A DNA stretch of 64,000 bases from Isurus oxyrinchus (taxonomy: Eukaryota), in assembly GCA_026770705.1 (NCBI GenBank), contig JANJGN010000018.1, forward strand, positions 51,522,001-51,586,000. The letters are read 5' to 3'. The notes beneath the pieces were generated by a model, which saw only the letters and a list, made by a program, of their open reading frames with translations, did no database searches and was not told the DNA's origin. The position numbers and the translations under genes are program-made. This document shows positions 38,050 to 51,589 of this stretch, piece after piece; positions within the stretch are counted from its first letter, which is position 1, and each line of letters starts with the position of its first letter.

Positions 38050-39270
38050 AGCACAGAATTGATACAGCACAGAAGGAGGCCATTCGGCCCATTGTGTCTG
38101 CACCAGCTCGCTGAATGAGCAATTCACCTAGTGCCATTCTCCAGTCTTCTCCCCACAACTTTTCACATTGTTCCATTTTAAATAACAGCCTAGTTCCATT
38201 TTGAATGACTTGATTGAACCTGTGTCCACCACATTCTCAGGCAGTGCGTTGCAGGCCCTAACCGCTTGCTGCATGAAAAAGTTTTTTCTCGTATCGCTTT
38301 TGCTTCTTTTGCAAATTACTTTAAATCTGTGCCCTCTCCTTCTCGATCCTTCCACAAGTGGGAACAGTCTGTCCAGACCCCTCATTATTTTGAATGCCTC
38401 TATCAAATCTCCTGTCAACCTTCTTTTCTTCAAGGAAAAAAGTTCCAACTTCTCCAATCTTACTTCATAACTGAAGTTCCTCATCCCTGGAACCATTCTC
38501 CTAAACCTCTTCTGCATGCTCTCCAATGACTTCACATCCTTCCTAAAATGTAGTACCCAGAACTGTATGCAGTACTGCAGGTGGGCTCTAAATTGTGTCT
38601 TATGCAAGGTCAACATAACCTCCTTGCTCTTGTACTCTATGCCTCTATTAATAAAGCCTAGGATACTGTACGTTTGGTTAACTGCTCTCTCAACCTGTTT
38701 TGCCACCTTTAATGACTTATGCACTTAAACACCCAGATCCCTCTGCTCCTGCACCCCCTTTAAAGTAGGCCCTTTATTTTATACTGTCTCTCCATGTTCT
38801 TCCTACCAAAATGTATCACCTCACATATCTCTGCATTGAACTTCATTAACACCTTTATCTGCCCATTCCACCACCCCATGTCCTTTTGAAGTTCTACAAT
38901 ACTGTTCTCCTCATAGGTAACAATGCTGCCAAATTTTGTATTGTACACAAATTTTGAAATTGTTCGCTGCACACTAAGGTCTAGGTCATCTGGAAAAGCA
39001 AAGATTCTAATATTGACCCTTGGGGAATTCCACTACAAACCTTACTCCAGCCTGAAAAACATCCATTACCATTACTCTCGGTTTCCAGTCACTCAACCAA
39101 TTTTGTATCCGTTTTGCTAATGTCCCTTTTATTCCATGAGCTATAAGTTTTCTCACAAGTATGTCGTGCAGCACAGTATCAAATGCCTTTTGGAAGTCCA
39201 TGTACACCACATTAACAGCATTGCCCTCATCAACCCTCTCTGTTACCTCTTCAAAAAACTCGAGCAAGTT
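38050..39270 (-). mobile_element. CR1 LINE ORF2 3' portion
   Basis: VYMDFQKAFD, MKFNAEICEVIHFG, LQYCIQFW, LELFSLKKRRLTGDLIE. Confidence 0.9.
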
Positions 39271-39949
39271 AGTTCATTGTGCCTGTTTGTGGACAAGGAA
39301 TCTCTTATGATTAAGTTTTATTTGGGTACACAAGACTAATAGGTACATTTGAAAAGCTTTTGTTTTTTAATTTACTAAGAAACTGAGTACTGAGCCATAT
39401 TATAACCAACAAATGGTTCTGTGTATCTTTCAAAAGTAAGTGAGTAATCTAAAAATTAGGTTACTCATGGGTGGTGGATTGAAACAGTGACTAAAACTCA
39501 TTTTTCAGCTGATTATTCAACGTTATAAGTTACAACTCTTAAACATACCAAGGAATATCTTTAAAAACAATTTTAAAAACTTACATTATAAAATATTGCC
39601 TGATTGCACTGGTTGACAGATATTACATTTGGTGATAGCCAAGTGAGTATGAGCAGAAACTTGAGAAAAGAAACGCTTCTCAAAACTGACACAATTGGCT
39701 CCAGAATCATCTATTACTCTACCCTGTGGTAAAAGAGTTAATTCAAATTCTTAACTCTGGGAAAGCCCTAGGACCTGATGGTTACCCATGAGTTTACAAA
39801 GGTTCAATTCAACAACAACTTATATTTATATAGCACCTTTAATATAATCAACTGTCCCAAGGCACTTCACAGAGGTAGAGAGTTGGAAAGGTTGAAGGAG
39901 AGTTTAGGTCAGGCAGCTGAAGGCATGGCTGCCAATACCTGGTGGCACC

Positions 39950-41070
39950 CTTCTATCTCATAAGATGATGGTTTGCGCCGTGATGGTCAACTCTGTGTTA
40001 AGCATCGCTTTGTTCCATTCTGGCATGGCAACCTCTGCTGCATTTTCTGCAGATGAAGACAGTAGGCTGAGAAGGTGTATGATTCCCTGACCTCTGTTTT
40101 CTCTGGACTCTCTTCTCGGCCAGCTGAACTTTTCGTTTCTGTTTGCCTCTTCCAATACCCTTCCAAACAGTCAGCCTCCAGAGATCATGTATGTCAGCAA
40201 CTGTTTCCAGTTGTCAGCGTCAATGTCCACCATCTTCATATCTCGCTTTCAGGTGTGCTTGTAAACATGGTATGGACGCCCTGTGGCCGGTTCACCATAT
40301 AGAAGGTCTTTGGGTGTATGGTCACCATCCACCCGATAAACATGACCGAGTCAGCGGCTTAACAATGAGTGTATGCTGATGGAATTAGCACACTACAGGA
40401 TCTCCGAGTTGGTGACCTTGACTTGCCAAAACATTCTGACGATATGTCTGAGACAGCAAACTGAAAACTATTCAGCCTTTTCTCCTGCCTAGCCTTTGTT
40501 GTCCAGGCCTCGTCAATGTAGAGGAGTGTGCTGAGGATGCAGACCTGGTAGACTCACAGTTTGGTGCTCTCAGTCAGGTCGCTGTTGTTCGTCTTCCTGA
40601 GGCCGATGGTTAAACCAAACTTTTTACACGTGTGAGAGAATCTATCTATTTGCTGCTGAAGATGTTCCTCAGTATGAAATGTTACTGCAACCTCATCAAT
40701 GTAGAGCAACTCTCTGAAGAGGATATGGTGCATCTTTGCCTTGGATTTCAGATAAGCAAGGCTGAACAGTTTCTTGCAGTTCTAGTATGTAAGTAGACAC
40801 CCCCTGTAGACGACCTGAATGAATATATCAGCGGCACATAGAACAATATGCCAAAGAGAGTTGGTGTCAGAACACAACCCTGTTTAACACCACTGCAGTT
40901 CTCAAAGGGTTTCGATGTTACCCCGTCATAGCTGACCTTACCCATCATGTTGTCATGCAAAGAGGAGATCACATTCAGCAGCTTCGATGGGCAGCCAATT
41001 TTCTCCAGCAGCTTAAATAGACTGTCTCTGCTCACATGGTCAAATGATGGCATGACAAAAGACAAATCTG
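39950..41070 (-). mobile_element. RTE-clade LINE RT fragment
   Basis: FDHVSRDSLFKLLEKIGCPSK..GVKQGCVLTPTLF. Confidence 0.85.
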
Positions 41071-41762
41071 GACTGGCCACCAATGATAGAGCAATTAAAA
41101 TCAGGGATGCTCATTTGACTGGCATTAACCTCCCTGAACTGGCAATATTCCTACAGGAAGACTGCATCACACTGAAGGTTTTATACAGGGCTGACACTCA
41201 GGGCATAACATCTGAGACATGCTACAATAGCACTAAACCCTTACTCAAATACATTTTCTGGATGAACAGAAGGTACTTGACCAAATAGCACCAAGAAATG
41301 GATACCTCTCAAAGTGATTCCAAAAGCACCCAATCCCCCAACCCAGCCAGAGGCTTAAGAGAAACTGAAGAAATCGTAGACAAGAGCAACCTTCAGTATA
41401 GAGAGAGGATATAGGTAAGTTGGAAGTACTGCTTTTATTACTCCAATGTTAAAATGCTCCACTTAATTTCACTGTCAAGATAAACTTAGGTCTTCATGAT
41501 AACATCTGGTGCATTCATCTGAGTTGTTTTTTAATGTAAATATTCGACCATATTATTACAGTAATTTTCATAATTACATTTATTTTAATTAATCTGATTG
41601 TCATTTATAATCGTTTTAGTTTTTTCTGTAAGCATGTTGATACGTTGCTAGATAATAACGGAACAATGTTTTCTCCAATATTTTTTTCCCTTTAATTTCC
41701 TATTCACATCGATCACTACAGCCTAGAATTCGATGAGTACATAAAAAGTAAAGGAGTCTCAC

Positions 41763-41805
41763 CGTCTGCCACAGCGGCCAGTAGTACAAGGGTAAAGAGT
41801 TTCAT
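41763..41805 (-). CDS. Exon 1, signal peptide MKLFTLVLLAAVAD(G)
   Basis: ATG, then a hydrophobic core, ending GAC G|gtgag (phase 1). Joins in frame to the phase-1 V1 exon (G+GA=Gly, KLLNVETQ). Lies in non-repetitive sequence. The link across a 21-kb intron is inferred. Confidence 0.7.
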
Positions 41806-41829
41806 TTGCAGATCGTCGCACGGCTGCAG

Positions 41830-42390
41830 AAACACCTATTTTTTAAAGCAAGAAGCCTTTAAAGGCTGAGTTCTCGGCACTGGAAAGCCCCTGCTCTGTA
41901 TACCAGCTTTGTGAAACCGGTAAAACGGCAGGTGCTGTCACAATCTCACTGGGTGCTTTTGCTTCACATACAGTACTCACTGTACTCTCATGAACACTTT
42001 GTATTGGAATAAATAGCGCCGTCATGTGACGCCGGCATTTAGCCAAGAAGCTGGGGGTGAGGTGTGGAGTTGAACGTGGTGGGAATTATTAAAACTGCTG
42101 GTTAAAAGAAAAACACAAACTTCTATCTTTTCACAGGCTTTTGTTTTGCAGCAGCAATCACGCAACAAAAAATCTGTCCTTTCGGCCGATCCCACCAAGT
42201 GAAAAAAACTCGAAGATTAAAGGGACCACAGCTGTTAGCACTCAGTCCCAGCTCCAGGGCAGACTTTGCTGCGTCGGACCCCCAGATCTCCCCTGGGTCA
42301 CATCCCACCATTTGGGAAGCCCTGTTTTAAGGAATATCTTGGAAAGCAAGTTAGAGAGCTGGAGAGGTTTGGGGGTGGGGGAATTCCAGA
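41830..42390 (-). promoter_or_regulatory. Putative proximal promoter of the CD200-like gene
   Basis: Mostly unique, somewhat CpG-retaining sequence upstream of the ATG. TATA-like TTTAAAAAATAG (~41837-41848), near-palindromic GTCATGTGAC E/M-box (42021-42030), GGGGAATTCC kB-consensus (42378-42387). Confidence 0.35.
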
Positions 42391-45300
42391 GCTCTTGACA
42401 CAGCCACCAATATTGGACTGATTAAAACCAAAGATGGTCAGGAGGTCAGAAATAGAGGAGCTGAGGTATCTTGGAGAGTTGTGGGCTGGAGGAAATCACA
42501 GAGATAGAGAAAGGTGGTGCAATGGGGGGTGTTTGAAAATAATGATGAGAATTTTAAAATCAAGGTGTTGATTTAACCAGGAGGCATTGTAGGTCAGTTA
42601 GCACAGGAGTGATGGGTGAGCAGAATTTGGCACGATTAAGAACATAAGCAGCAGAGTTTTGTTTGATCTAAAGTACATCCAGGGAATAGCCCATGCAAGG
42701 CTGGCCAGGAGTGCATTGGAATAATGTAATCTAGAACTAACAAAGGCATGGAATGAGGGTTTCAGCAGCTAATAAGCTGAGTTAGGGCAAAGTTGGGCAA
42801 TGTTACTGAGCTGGAAATAGGTGGTTTTCATTGTGGCACGAATATATGGCTGAAAATTCATCTCATTCCTTCACTGTCACTGGGCCAAAATCCTGGAACT
42901 CTCTCCCTAACAGAACTGTGGGTGTACCTACAACACATGGACTGTAGCGGTGTAAGAAGGAAGCTCACCACCACCTTCTCAAGGGCAATTAGGGATGGGC
43001 AATAAATTTTGGCCTAGGCAGCAATGACCACAACCATGAAACAAATTTAAAAAAAATCTCTGCCAAGGCAGCAACCAGCCTGATTAAGCCACAGACAGTT
43101 GCCAGCGAGAGGGATGGAGTCAATAAACATTAAGTTTGTGATGGGGACCGAAGACGCTGGCTTCAGTTTTACCAATATTTAATTTGAGAAAAAATCTGCT
43201 CATTCAGGTCAAGCTTTCCAATTATTCAGAGGCAGTGAAGGGGTCAAGAAGGTGGTGATGAGGTGGAACTGGGTGCCATACATGTGAATACAGATGCCCT
43301 ACTCTCGGATGATGTCACCAAGGAACATGTAAATGAGAAATAGATGGAGATGAATGATAAATCCTTGGGTAACATGAGAGGAAACTGTGTGGGATTGGGA
43401 AAATAAATCATTGCAGGTGATATTCTGGATACGATTAGATAGCATCTAAGAATAGAACCAGATGAGAGCAGTCCCACCCAGCTGCAAAACAATGGAGAGG
43501 CATTGGAGGATGGTGTGATCAACCAGCTCAAGGGCTGCAGACAGGTCAAGAATGATGAGGAGGGAAAGTTTACCTTTGTTACTGTCAAAAAGGGTTTCAT
43601 TTGTGTCCTTGATAGGAGCTGTTTTGGTACTGAATTATAGAATCACAGAATGGTTACAGCAGAGAGGAAACCATTCAGCCTGTCAAGTCCATGGTATACT
43701 TTGCAAGAGCTAACCCAGCTACTCTCACTCTTCAAGTACCTACTCCATTCCCTTTAGAAAACAATGACAGTATTTGCCTTCACCATGTAAAAGGTTTTCC
43801 TCATGTCGTCTCTGGTCCTTTTGTCAATCACCTTAAATCTGTCTTCTCTGGTTCTACACCTTTCTTTCAATGGGAACAGTTTCTCTCTTTTTAACCTGTC
43901 AAGAGTAGACCTCATTGATTTTGAACACCTCTGTCAAATCTCCTCTCAACCTTCTCCAAGAAGAACAACCTCGGGTTCTCTAATCTTTTCATATAACTGA
44001 AGTCCCCCATCCCTGGAACCATTCTCTTGAATCTTTTCTGCACGATCTACACTTCTGAGTTTTGAGCTTTCTGCAGATTTTGAAATTATGCTCTGTGCAC
44101 CCAAGTCCAAGAAATTAATAGCAGTGGTCCCAGTATCTATCTCTGGAGAATCCTAATGTCTACCTTCCCACAGACCAAAACAATTCATTACTACACTCTG
44201 CTTCCTGCCTTTTAGCCAATTTTTGATGTGTGCCACCACTGTTCATTTTATTCCATGGGCTTCAACTTTGCTGACAAGCCCATTATGTGGCACTTGGTCA
44301 AATGCATTCTTATTCTTAAGCTTTGTATCGTTGTCAATGGTTCACATCTACTGCCCATCTTTCTGAATCTTCAAGTGGGAGTACAGCCCTACTTGAGTAA
44401 GGCATTATAGATTGCAGTGTAGGTCATTATTCATTGAAGCTGGGGCTATAGCCAAATGTTTCTTCCTGTGATGCTTTTCTGAGACAATCTGAAGATAAAG
44501 TTCTTTAAATTTCTGGGATCCAGTGCGGAGATTTTGCCACCAAGTGCTTTGGCCATGTATTGACTGTTCCTAGTTAGTGAGGTCAGTCTGACATGAAATG
44601 ATGTCTCGCTTGCATGAATCTTTGTATCTTTGTTTTGGCCATCTAACAGGTCTACTGGTACCCTTAAACTCTCTATTAAGTGCACCTTTTGGTAGGCGAC
44701 CATTCTAACAATGTGGTCTAGCCATCATAGTCAATGTCGCTTGAGCATTGCCACTGTACTTTCTGAGTTAAGAATTTAGTACTCTTGCGTTGTGGATGCT
44801 ATGCTGCTAATGGATCCCAAGGGTATTTCTTAAGCAGCGCAAATGAAATGAGTTCAATCTGCCTTCCTACTTTTGATATGTAGTCGCATTTTCAGCCCAT
44901 ATTACTTTGCACAAAGGCATTATAAATTCTTAACCATGTGGCAATTTTGTATTTGGGATTTTTCCAGGTTTCTGCATGTTACCTCATCCAAAAACTAGAT
45001 CAAGTTAAACACAATATACCTTTAATAAGTCCGTGCTGGCATTCCTTAATTAGTACACACTTAACCATATAAGCTTTGATTTTTTTCCCAAATGTGGCAG
45101 GAGCTGCAATCTGATTGGAAGGGTTCAAACATGAAGTTCAGGGAAAGGTGGGTATGAATTTTGGAGGTAACAATATGTTCAAGGACTTTGGAGGGGAATG
45201 GAAGGTTGGAGATGGATGGTAGATTGTAAGGACAGAGCAGTCAAGTGGTGGAGTTTTTGAGGACAGGTATGATGACAGAAGATTTAAAGAAGAGACAGGA

Positions 45301-46240
45301 AGAACCTAAGAAAAGAGAACCATTAACAATATCAGCTAACTTGGGAGCCAAGAAAGGAAGCTGTGTGGTCAGAGTTTTAGTCGAAATAGGGTTGAGAGCA
45401 CAAGAAGTGGGTCCCGTGGACAAGATGAGCTCAGACAGGGCATGAGGGGAGATAAGAGAGAAACTAAAGAAAGTTGTGAGTTCAGGGCTAGGGAAGGGAG
45501 GACCCCTAGAGGAAGTTTGGCCTGGAGGACTAGGGAATGGAGGAAAGTGGTAATGGCAGTTGATCAGATGGCCTCAATCTTAGTGACAATGAAACCTATG
45601 AGCTCCTCGCACTTGTTGGAGATGAAGATGGATGAAGCAGGGGAGCCAGGGTTAAGAAGATGGCTGCAAAAAGAAAAGTAGAGAAAAGAAGCTGAGCATT
45701 ACCTTTGTATTACAGGATGATCCTGGAATGGTGAATAGTTTTTGCTGATGAGAGCAGGACTCAATAGTGCTTTAAATGGCCCAGCCAGGTCTGGCAGTGA
45801 ATGACTAAACCAATTTTCCACCATATCCTTTCAAGTCTGTGCCTTTGGGATTTAAGGGAATGGAAATGAGAATCGTAACAGGGGCAATGGTCAGAGAGAG
45901 AGTAATGATTTTAATTGGAGTGGGCATCGAAAGTGGATGTGAGAGTGTGGTTGAGCAGTTTGGTGGCTGCTGACATGTCATGGTGAATAGAGACCCAAAG
46001 GCTAGATCGTTGGGATTTTGAAAGTGCAGTTTTAAATGAACTGGAAAAGAATTTTTTCCAGGGGTGGACAAAGAAGGAAGTAGGGCTTGGAGGCGGAAGT
46101 GGTATATGGGTGGATACAAGGCATTGATCAGAAATGGCCTAATCTGTGATTGATATGATGGGAGTTGCCAGGTCATGTGAGATGGCAAGGCCAAGGGGTT
46201 GGGTTTGAATATGTGTTGGGGAGTTCACATGGAGGGAGAG
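42320..46240 (-). mobile_element. L2 LINE fragment interrupted by CR1 (~43635-44310) and other pieces
   Basis: PTSCALNPISTKTL..LADIVNGSL..FKSSVIIPVLK L2-type RT motifs, with a purine-rich + strand. Confidence 0.7.
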
Positions 46241-46261
46241 ATTATGCGTGACACACAATGT

Positions 46262-47592
46262 TGTTATGACTGATCCCCGGGCGAGGTCCTCCAATTTGTT
46301 AACTTCCTGAACGGGAGGCCAATTTTGTTGTGCTCCTGGGTGAGGAGGGATGAGCTAGCTCCCCTTCTTTATTCAATCTCTCCCCTTGGTTTGTCGCAAC
46401 AAGGTTAATTTAAAATGGATCCCTTCCCCCATTGATACCTTTGCCCAGTCCAATGTATTTAGATTTTAGAAGGAGCCAATTTAACCCAGATTTCTTGATT
46501 CAAAGAAAGAGTAAGTTTATTAGTTACTAAAAACCCGAGAAAAGATAATGAAAATGCAACACACATACACTCAGATCAGAAATGATAAGTTGAGTCCAAA
46601 TAAAAGCTAAAGAGAATATACAAATCAGTCTTTTGCTTGTCTGTGAAGCATAGATGGTGAATAGTTGCGGCCGTTAAGTTGGGTGATTCTGGTAGAACTG
46701 ACTTGGGCAGTTTAGCACTTGGTTTGGAGACACTATGTTCTGCAGCTAGGCTGAAGAAACTGTTCTATTTCCTTTTTGATTGTGGTTTTGCTGATTTCCT
46801 CCAGCAACAGAGTGAGAGAAAGAACCTTTTGCCTCTAAGCTGCAGGGGTGCCTACTTGATCGTCTACTGCTGTCACAGCACACTCACCCACGAGGACACT
46901 AGCACACACAGGTAAGGTCTGCAGCTAATTTTTTAACCCATTTCCTTGTGTATCCTAGAGGGAAAAAAACAAACATGTCTTTCACCCAGAGTCTGTTTTC
47001 TTTCAACTCTGATCATTTACACATTCTGAGATATGAATCAACAGGAGATGATTTTGGATGTCTTGTTGAGATGAGGCAATCGGTCTCCATTGCTTCCACA
47101 ACCACAGGAGATTAAAGTTCAGTCTTTTGCATTTCATCTCTTCCTTTTAATGTCTCTGCTTGAAGTTGGCCTTGAAACCTCTTTAGGAGCAACATTCCAT
47201 GTTCTCTCAGGACTAGTCAATCAAGTGTAATCCACATAGGAATTTTCCAGAAAGAGGGTACTTTGCATTCTCAGGCATCTTTTGCTCATTGCCTTTGCTT
47301 GTATATCTTCCTTTAAAAGTTCAAAATGCCCGTAAGTAATTCAGGGCTTTAAACCACTGTCTGAACAATGTAAATCCTCTACCTTGTCCATCCGCAAATA
47401 AATGGTATTCTTTTTCTTACATGGCACCAAACTCTTGAGGCGTACCAATAGAAGTCACTGGCATTTCCTCTGTTGTCCATCCAAGATGGGACAAGGAGCA
47501 TGGTTTGAGTTCTAATGTTTGCTTTGCTGTGCACAAAAATTATTTGAAAATTCTGTAATTCTTTAAAACCTCCACACACAAATGTCCTTACA
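46262..47592 (-). mobile_element. Probable solo LTR
   Basis: TGTTATGAC...GTCCTTACA termini. No clear TSD. Confidence 0.4.
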
Positions 47593-48367
47593 ATTAGACA
47601 GGAGGGTCTATGTGGCTGTAGGCACCCTCAATATTGGCAAATGTAATGCAGGTACTGCAGGGGTACATGCTAGATAGGCCTCAGCAAAGAACAATATTTG
47701 TGGAGGTGGAAGCTCATTAACAATGCAATCACTTATTAGATCCTGGAAGTAATGATGGATTGTTCAGATGGCATTGATAATAGAAATGAAAATGACAACC
47801 AGACTAAAATTTAACACTAGTGTATCCAGTCAGGTGTCAGCAGAATAGGGTCAATCAAAATAGGGCTACTGCTGCATCACAGAGGCAATGTGTGTGATCT
47901 TCTATCTGCTTACTTAAACCAGTCTTTTTCCGCAGTGATTCTTCCCATATGGAAGATCAGTGGAAATCCTGAAGGAACAATATAACCCTGAAGAAACAGC
48001 CATTTCTATCAATCTCCTGTTCAAGCTAAGGGTAGGAAATTGAGGAACTCTGGTGGAAATTTGACTCCAGAAAATATTAACAAGATGCAGTATTAGCTGC
48101 AAAGGAAGACCTAATTATTTGGGTTATATGGCATTCTCACTATTTATAGTCACATGGAAATTTATGCACCTCTATGTTCTATGAAGAGTATACTATTCCG
48201 TTAGCCCGCATGGCACATAACCATTGCTAAATGTTGTCCTTGTTAGTGGCTGTTTTGCACCCAGTACATACAATCCACATATGGTGATCCAATCAAGCAT
48301 TTAATACAATAAAACATTTGTATGGCTTTATAAAGCAACTTTATTGATGTAAAGGCAGCTCTGTGGC

Positions 48368-49159
48368 TGTTTTATGATGTTATCTGGAATGAATTAGAGA
48401 GCAATTGTTTCATACTACAACTTACTACACTTCTTTTCTTTGTGGTATAATGACTTAACTAAATTAACATAGCAGCCATTTTGTGTTTTTGAATTATAAA
48501 AAGGGCTGTAAGAAGTCACTTTGTATGATGGTTTTCAGAGACACTACCAACAGACAGCTCTCAGCCAAAACAAATGTGAGAGCTGAGGTTCCTTGCCGTC
48601 TGGGGCTACAGAGGGAGATGCCCAGAAGAAAAACATCACAGTTCTGCTGAGAGAGGAAACCAAGCAATTTTCAAGCGTTATACTGGCAGAACCCATGAAA
48701 ATAGGGGCCCGTGCTAGCTCTCAAAAGCTTTTGACCTGCTGAGTCCAGCTGTACAGGTAACCTCCAGACAGTCAACAACAGAGGCCATCACAGTTGCTGA
48801 ATCTGACTTCAAGTTTCAACCCTTCACTTCAGAAAAAAGGAATTCAAAGCAACAGACCCACAATGATATTTCACAGAGACTGATCCGAAATCTCATCTTT
48901 AAGTTTTTTTTCCCTTTATTTGCATTTTAATCTTTGCACATGTATTTTTAGTTAATACCTTTATCACTTTTACCTAAGTAACTTTCAGCAGTAGTCTTTA
49001 CAATAAACTAACCTTTATCCTGTTTAAGATTAGAGCTTCTCCGCTGGGATTATTTTTAATTGAATCACTCATAAATTAAAAAGTGGCGACATATACACAT
49101 GCAAATTCTTAGCTCATGCACCACTTTAAGGAAATGCTGTTAAGGGAATGGTTGTGACA
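48368..49159 (+). mobile_element. Probable solo LTR (related to 55315-56134)
   Basis: Ends GTTGTGACA. Segment 49033-49070 is a diverged reverse complement of 55399-55436. Confidence 0.4.
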
Positions 49160-49299
49160 ATGGCTGGAATTTTCTAGTCCCGTCATAGCTGCACCTGCTG
49201 CAGGATATTCAGTGGCCCAGCCAAAACACAGCCATTGACTTTTGGTGGGACCGGATGAGCCCAATGGCAAGTGGAGCTGGAAAATCTCACCCTATGTCA

Positions 49300-50410
49300 A
49301 GGGGAGATAATTAGATTCTCCTTTGTTGGAGATGGTCATTGTGTGATGTAAATGTTACTTGTCGATTATCAGCCCAAGATTGAAAGCTGTCCAGATCTTG
49401 CTGAACATGGGCACAAACTGTTTCAGTGTCTGAAGAGTTGCGAACGGTACACTGTACAATGCTCAGTGAACACCCCCACTTCTGAACTTATGATGGAGGA
49501 AAGGTCATTGATGAAGCAGCTGAAGATGATTAGGCTGAGGACACTACCCTGACAAACTCGTGTAGCAATATCCTGGGCTGAGATGATTGGTTTCCAACAA
49601 CCACAACCATCTTCCTTTGTGCTAAGTATGATGCCAACCTATGGAAAGTTTCCTCCCTGATTCCCAATGACTTCAATTGTGCTAGTCTGGAACACAAGTT
49701 TTCAATAGAGTTAGGGTGTTGTCAGGGCCCATAGCATTTACTGTATCCAGTGCCTTCAGCTGTTTCTTGATATCACGTGGAGTGAATTAAATTGTCTGAA
49801 GACTGATTTTTATGATGGTGGGTCTTCAGAAGGAGATCAACATGGATCATCGACTCGACACTTCTAGCTGAAGATGATTGCAAATGTTTCAACCTTGTCT
49901 TTTGCAGTGATGTGGAGCTTCCTCCTCCAGTTAGCTGTTTAGTTGTTCACTATCATTCATGAGTGGCTATAGCAGGACTGCAGAGCTTAGATTTGATCCA
50001 TCGATTATGGGATTGCTTTGCTCTGCCTTTAGCATGCATGTAATCCTGTGCTGTAGCTTCATCAGGCTGGCATCTCATTTTAAAGTATACTTGATGTTCC
50101 TCCTGGCATGTCCTCCTACACTTCTTATTGAATCTGATTTGATCCCCTGGCTTGATGGTAATGTTGAGGGATTTGGCTTGCCAGAGGTTACATATTGTGG
50201 TTGAATGCAGGACATGGCCAACTCAGTCAGTAGTGGTGCTACTGAGCTACTGTTGCTGACAGACATTGAAGCCCCTCATCCAGAGTACATTTTGTGCCCT
50301 TGCTACTCTTAGTGCTACTTCCAAGTGCTATTCAACATGGAGGAGTACTGATTGATCAGCTGAGTGTAGGCAGTGGTAATCAACAGGAGGTTTCCTTAAC
50401 TGTGTTTGAC
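49300..50410 (-). mobile_element. CR1/L2-superfamily LINE fragments
   Basis: Homologous to 4490-5380 and to the endonuclease region at 29722. Confidence 0.65.
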
Positions 50411-51589
50411 ACTGTGTAAAAGCACTAGGTCAGGCAAGGGCACCCACAAGACAGAAACTAAGAAATTGCAGAAGGGTAAGTAGTTGAGTTCAGTTGTATA
50501 ATTGTGTATTGTTGGATAAAGATGTTAATGAGAAGGATTTTGTGGGTTGCCTTTATTGATGAATGATGATGAAGGGGACTCTATGAAATGACATCCCAAT
50601 TGGATGTGGTAATGGGGAATGGCAGGGCCTTGGTCAGGGGCAGTAACTTCATTGAAAACATAGTTTGGGTATGCCTCTCTTTCTCAGCCTGTCCAGGCCA
50701 AAAGGGTCTGCAATATCTCTCTGCCTCCTCATCTTCTTTCTCCATCCTTTTCTTTTTCTTGTGCCTCCATATCCTCCTCCTCCCAAAGTAGCCTCTGGAT
50801 TCCTGGGAGTAATGGCTGTATCCACGTAATGGAAATACATGGAGGATGCACCAGATCGTCATGAGCTTTGAAACCCACTCTGGTGTGTACTGTAGGGACG
50901 CTCTTGAAAAGTCAAGGCAGCAGAACTATTGCTTGAGCAGCTGGAGCCTTAACTACCACTTTGTTTCCTGCTCTTGTCTAGTATATCAAAGTCCCCTCAT
51001 AAGCCCTCTTTTGTACTCTGCTTACAGCAAGTTACTGGTTATACTTGTATTAACAAATGAGTTGGTGAAACTTCAAAAACATGTCAAACACTCAAACCTT
51101 TCGGGAACCCATTTGGGTTAATGTGAAGCAATTAATAAACATGCTTGTAGGTAGCTATGGAAGATAACTGACAGTCATTCGCATTTCATATCTTTGAAAT
51201 TTTCTTCAAATTATTCCATCACAGCAATGTGCAAAACTATAAAGTTCAAGCCTTGTTTTTGAGCGAGGCTGAAATATATGCTTATTCTTCAAATAAAAGC
51301 TTCAATGAAGGCATTGAACAACAGAAAATCTAACTTATTAGATGAATGTAATCAAGTTATTGTGAAGTTTGTATTCTTTTCTATTTGTTAAAAACTTATT
51401 TTGAACATTTGAAATCTCAATTGCCAAGGTAAAAATAGTGAATGAAATGCTTTAACAGAAAGTATTTTGAGTAATTTGTGAAGGAAAGGTAATATGGAGC
51501 CACCTGGTGGTGTGACAGTTGCTGCAGCCAGTGTTATGTAACATTGGCACACACCATGAGGATGCCACCAGGTGGTGTCGCCGGACAAC

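Larger units (their letters stand above)
8669..41805 (-). other. CD200/OX-2 membrane glycoprotein-like gene (overall span, 7 predicted coding exons: SP-V-V-TM-cyt-cyt-cyt)
   Basis: GT-AG exons at 41805-41763, 20319-19984, 17439-17104, 13678-13563, 12600-12526, 10568-10508 and 8769-8697. V domains carry CD200-like motifs (QVTWQK, ATFS, LEDEGCYxCxFxTF, GKTCLTV). AATAAA just after the stop. Orthology to CD200 not established. Confidence 0.8.

Noticed and set aside
41340-41420. Plus-strand donor TAG|gtaagt suggesting an antisense transcript
   Set aside because: A single motif with no identifiable exon chain.
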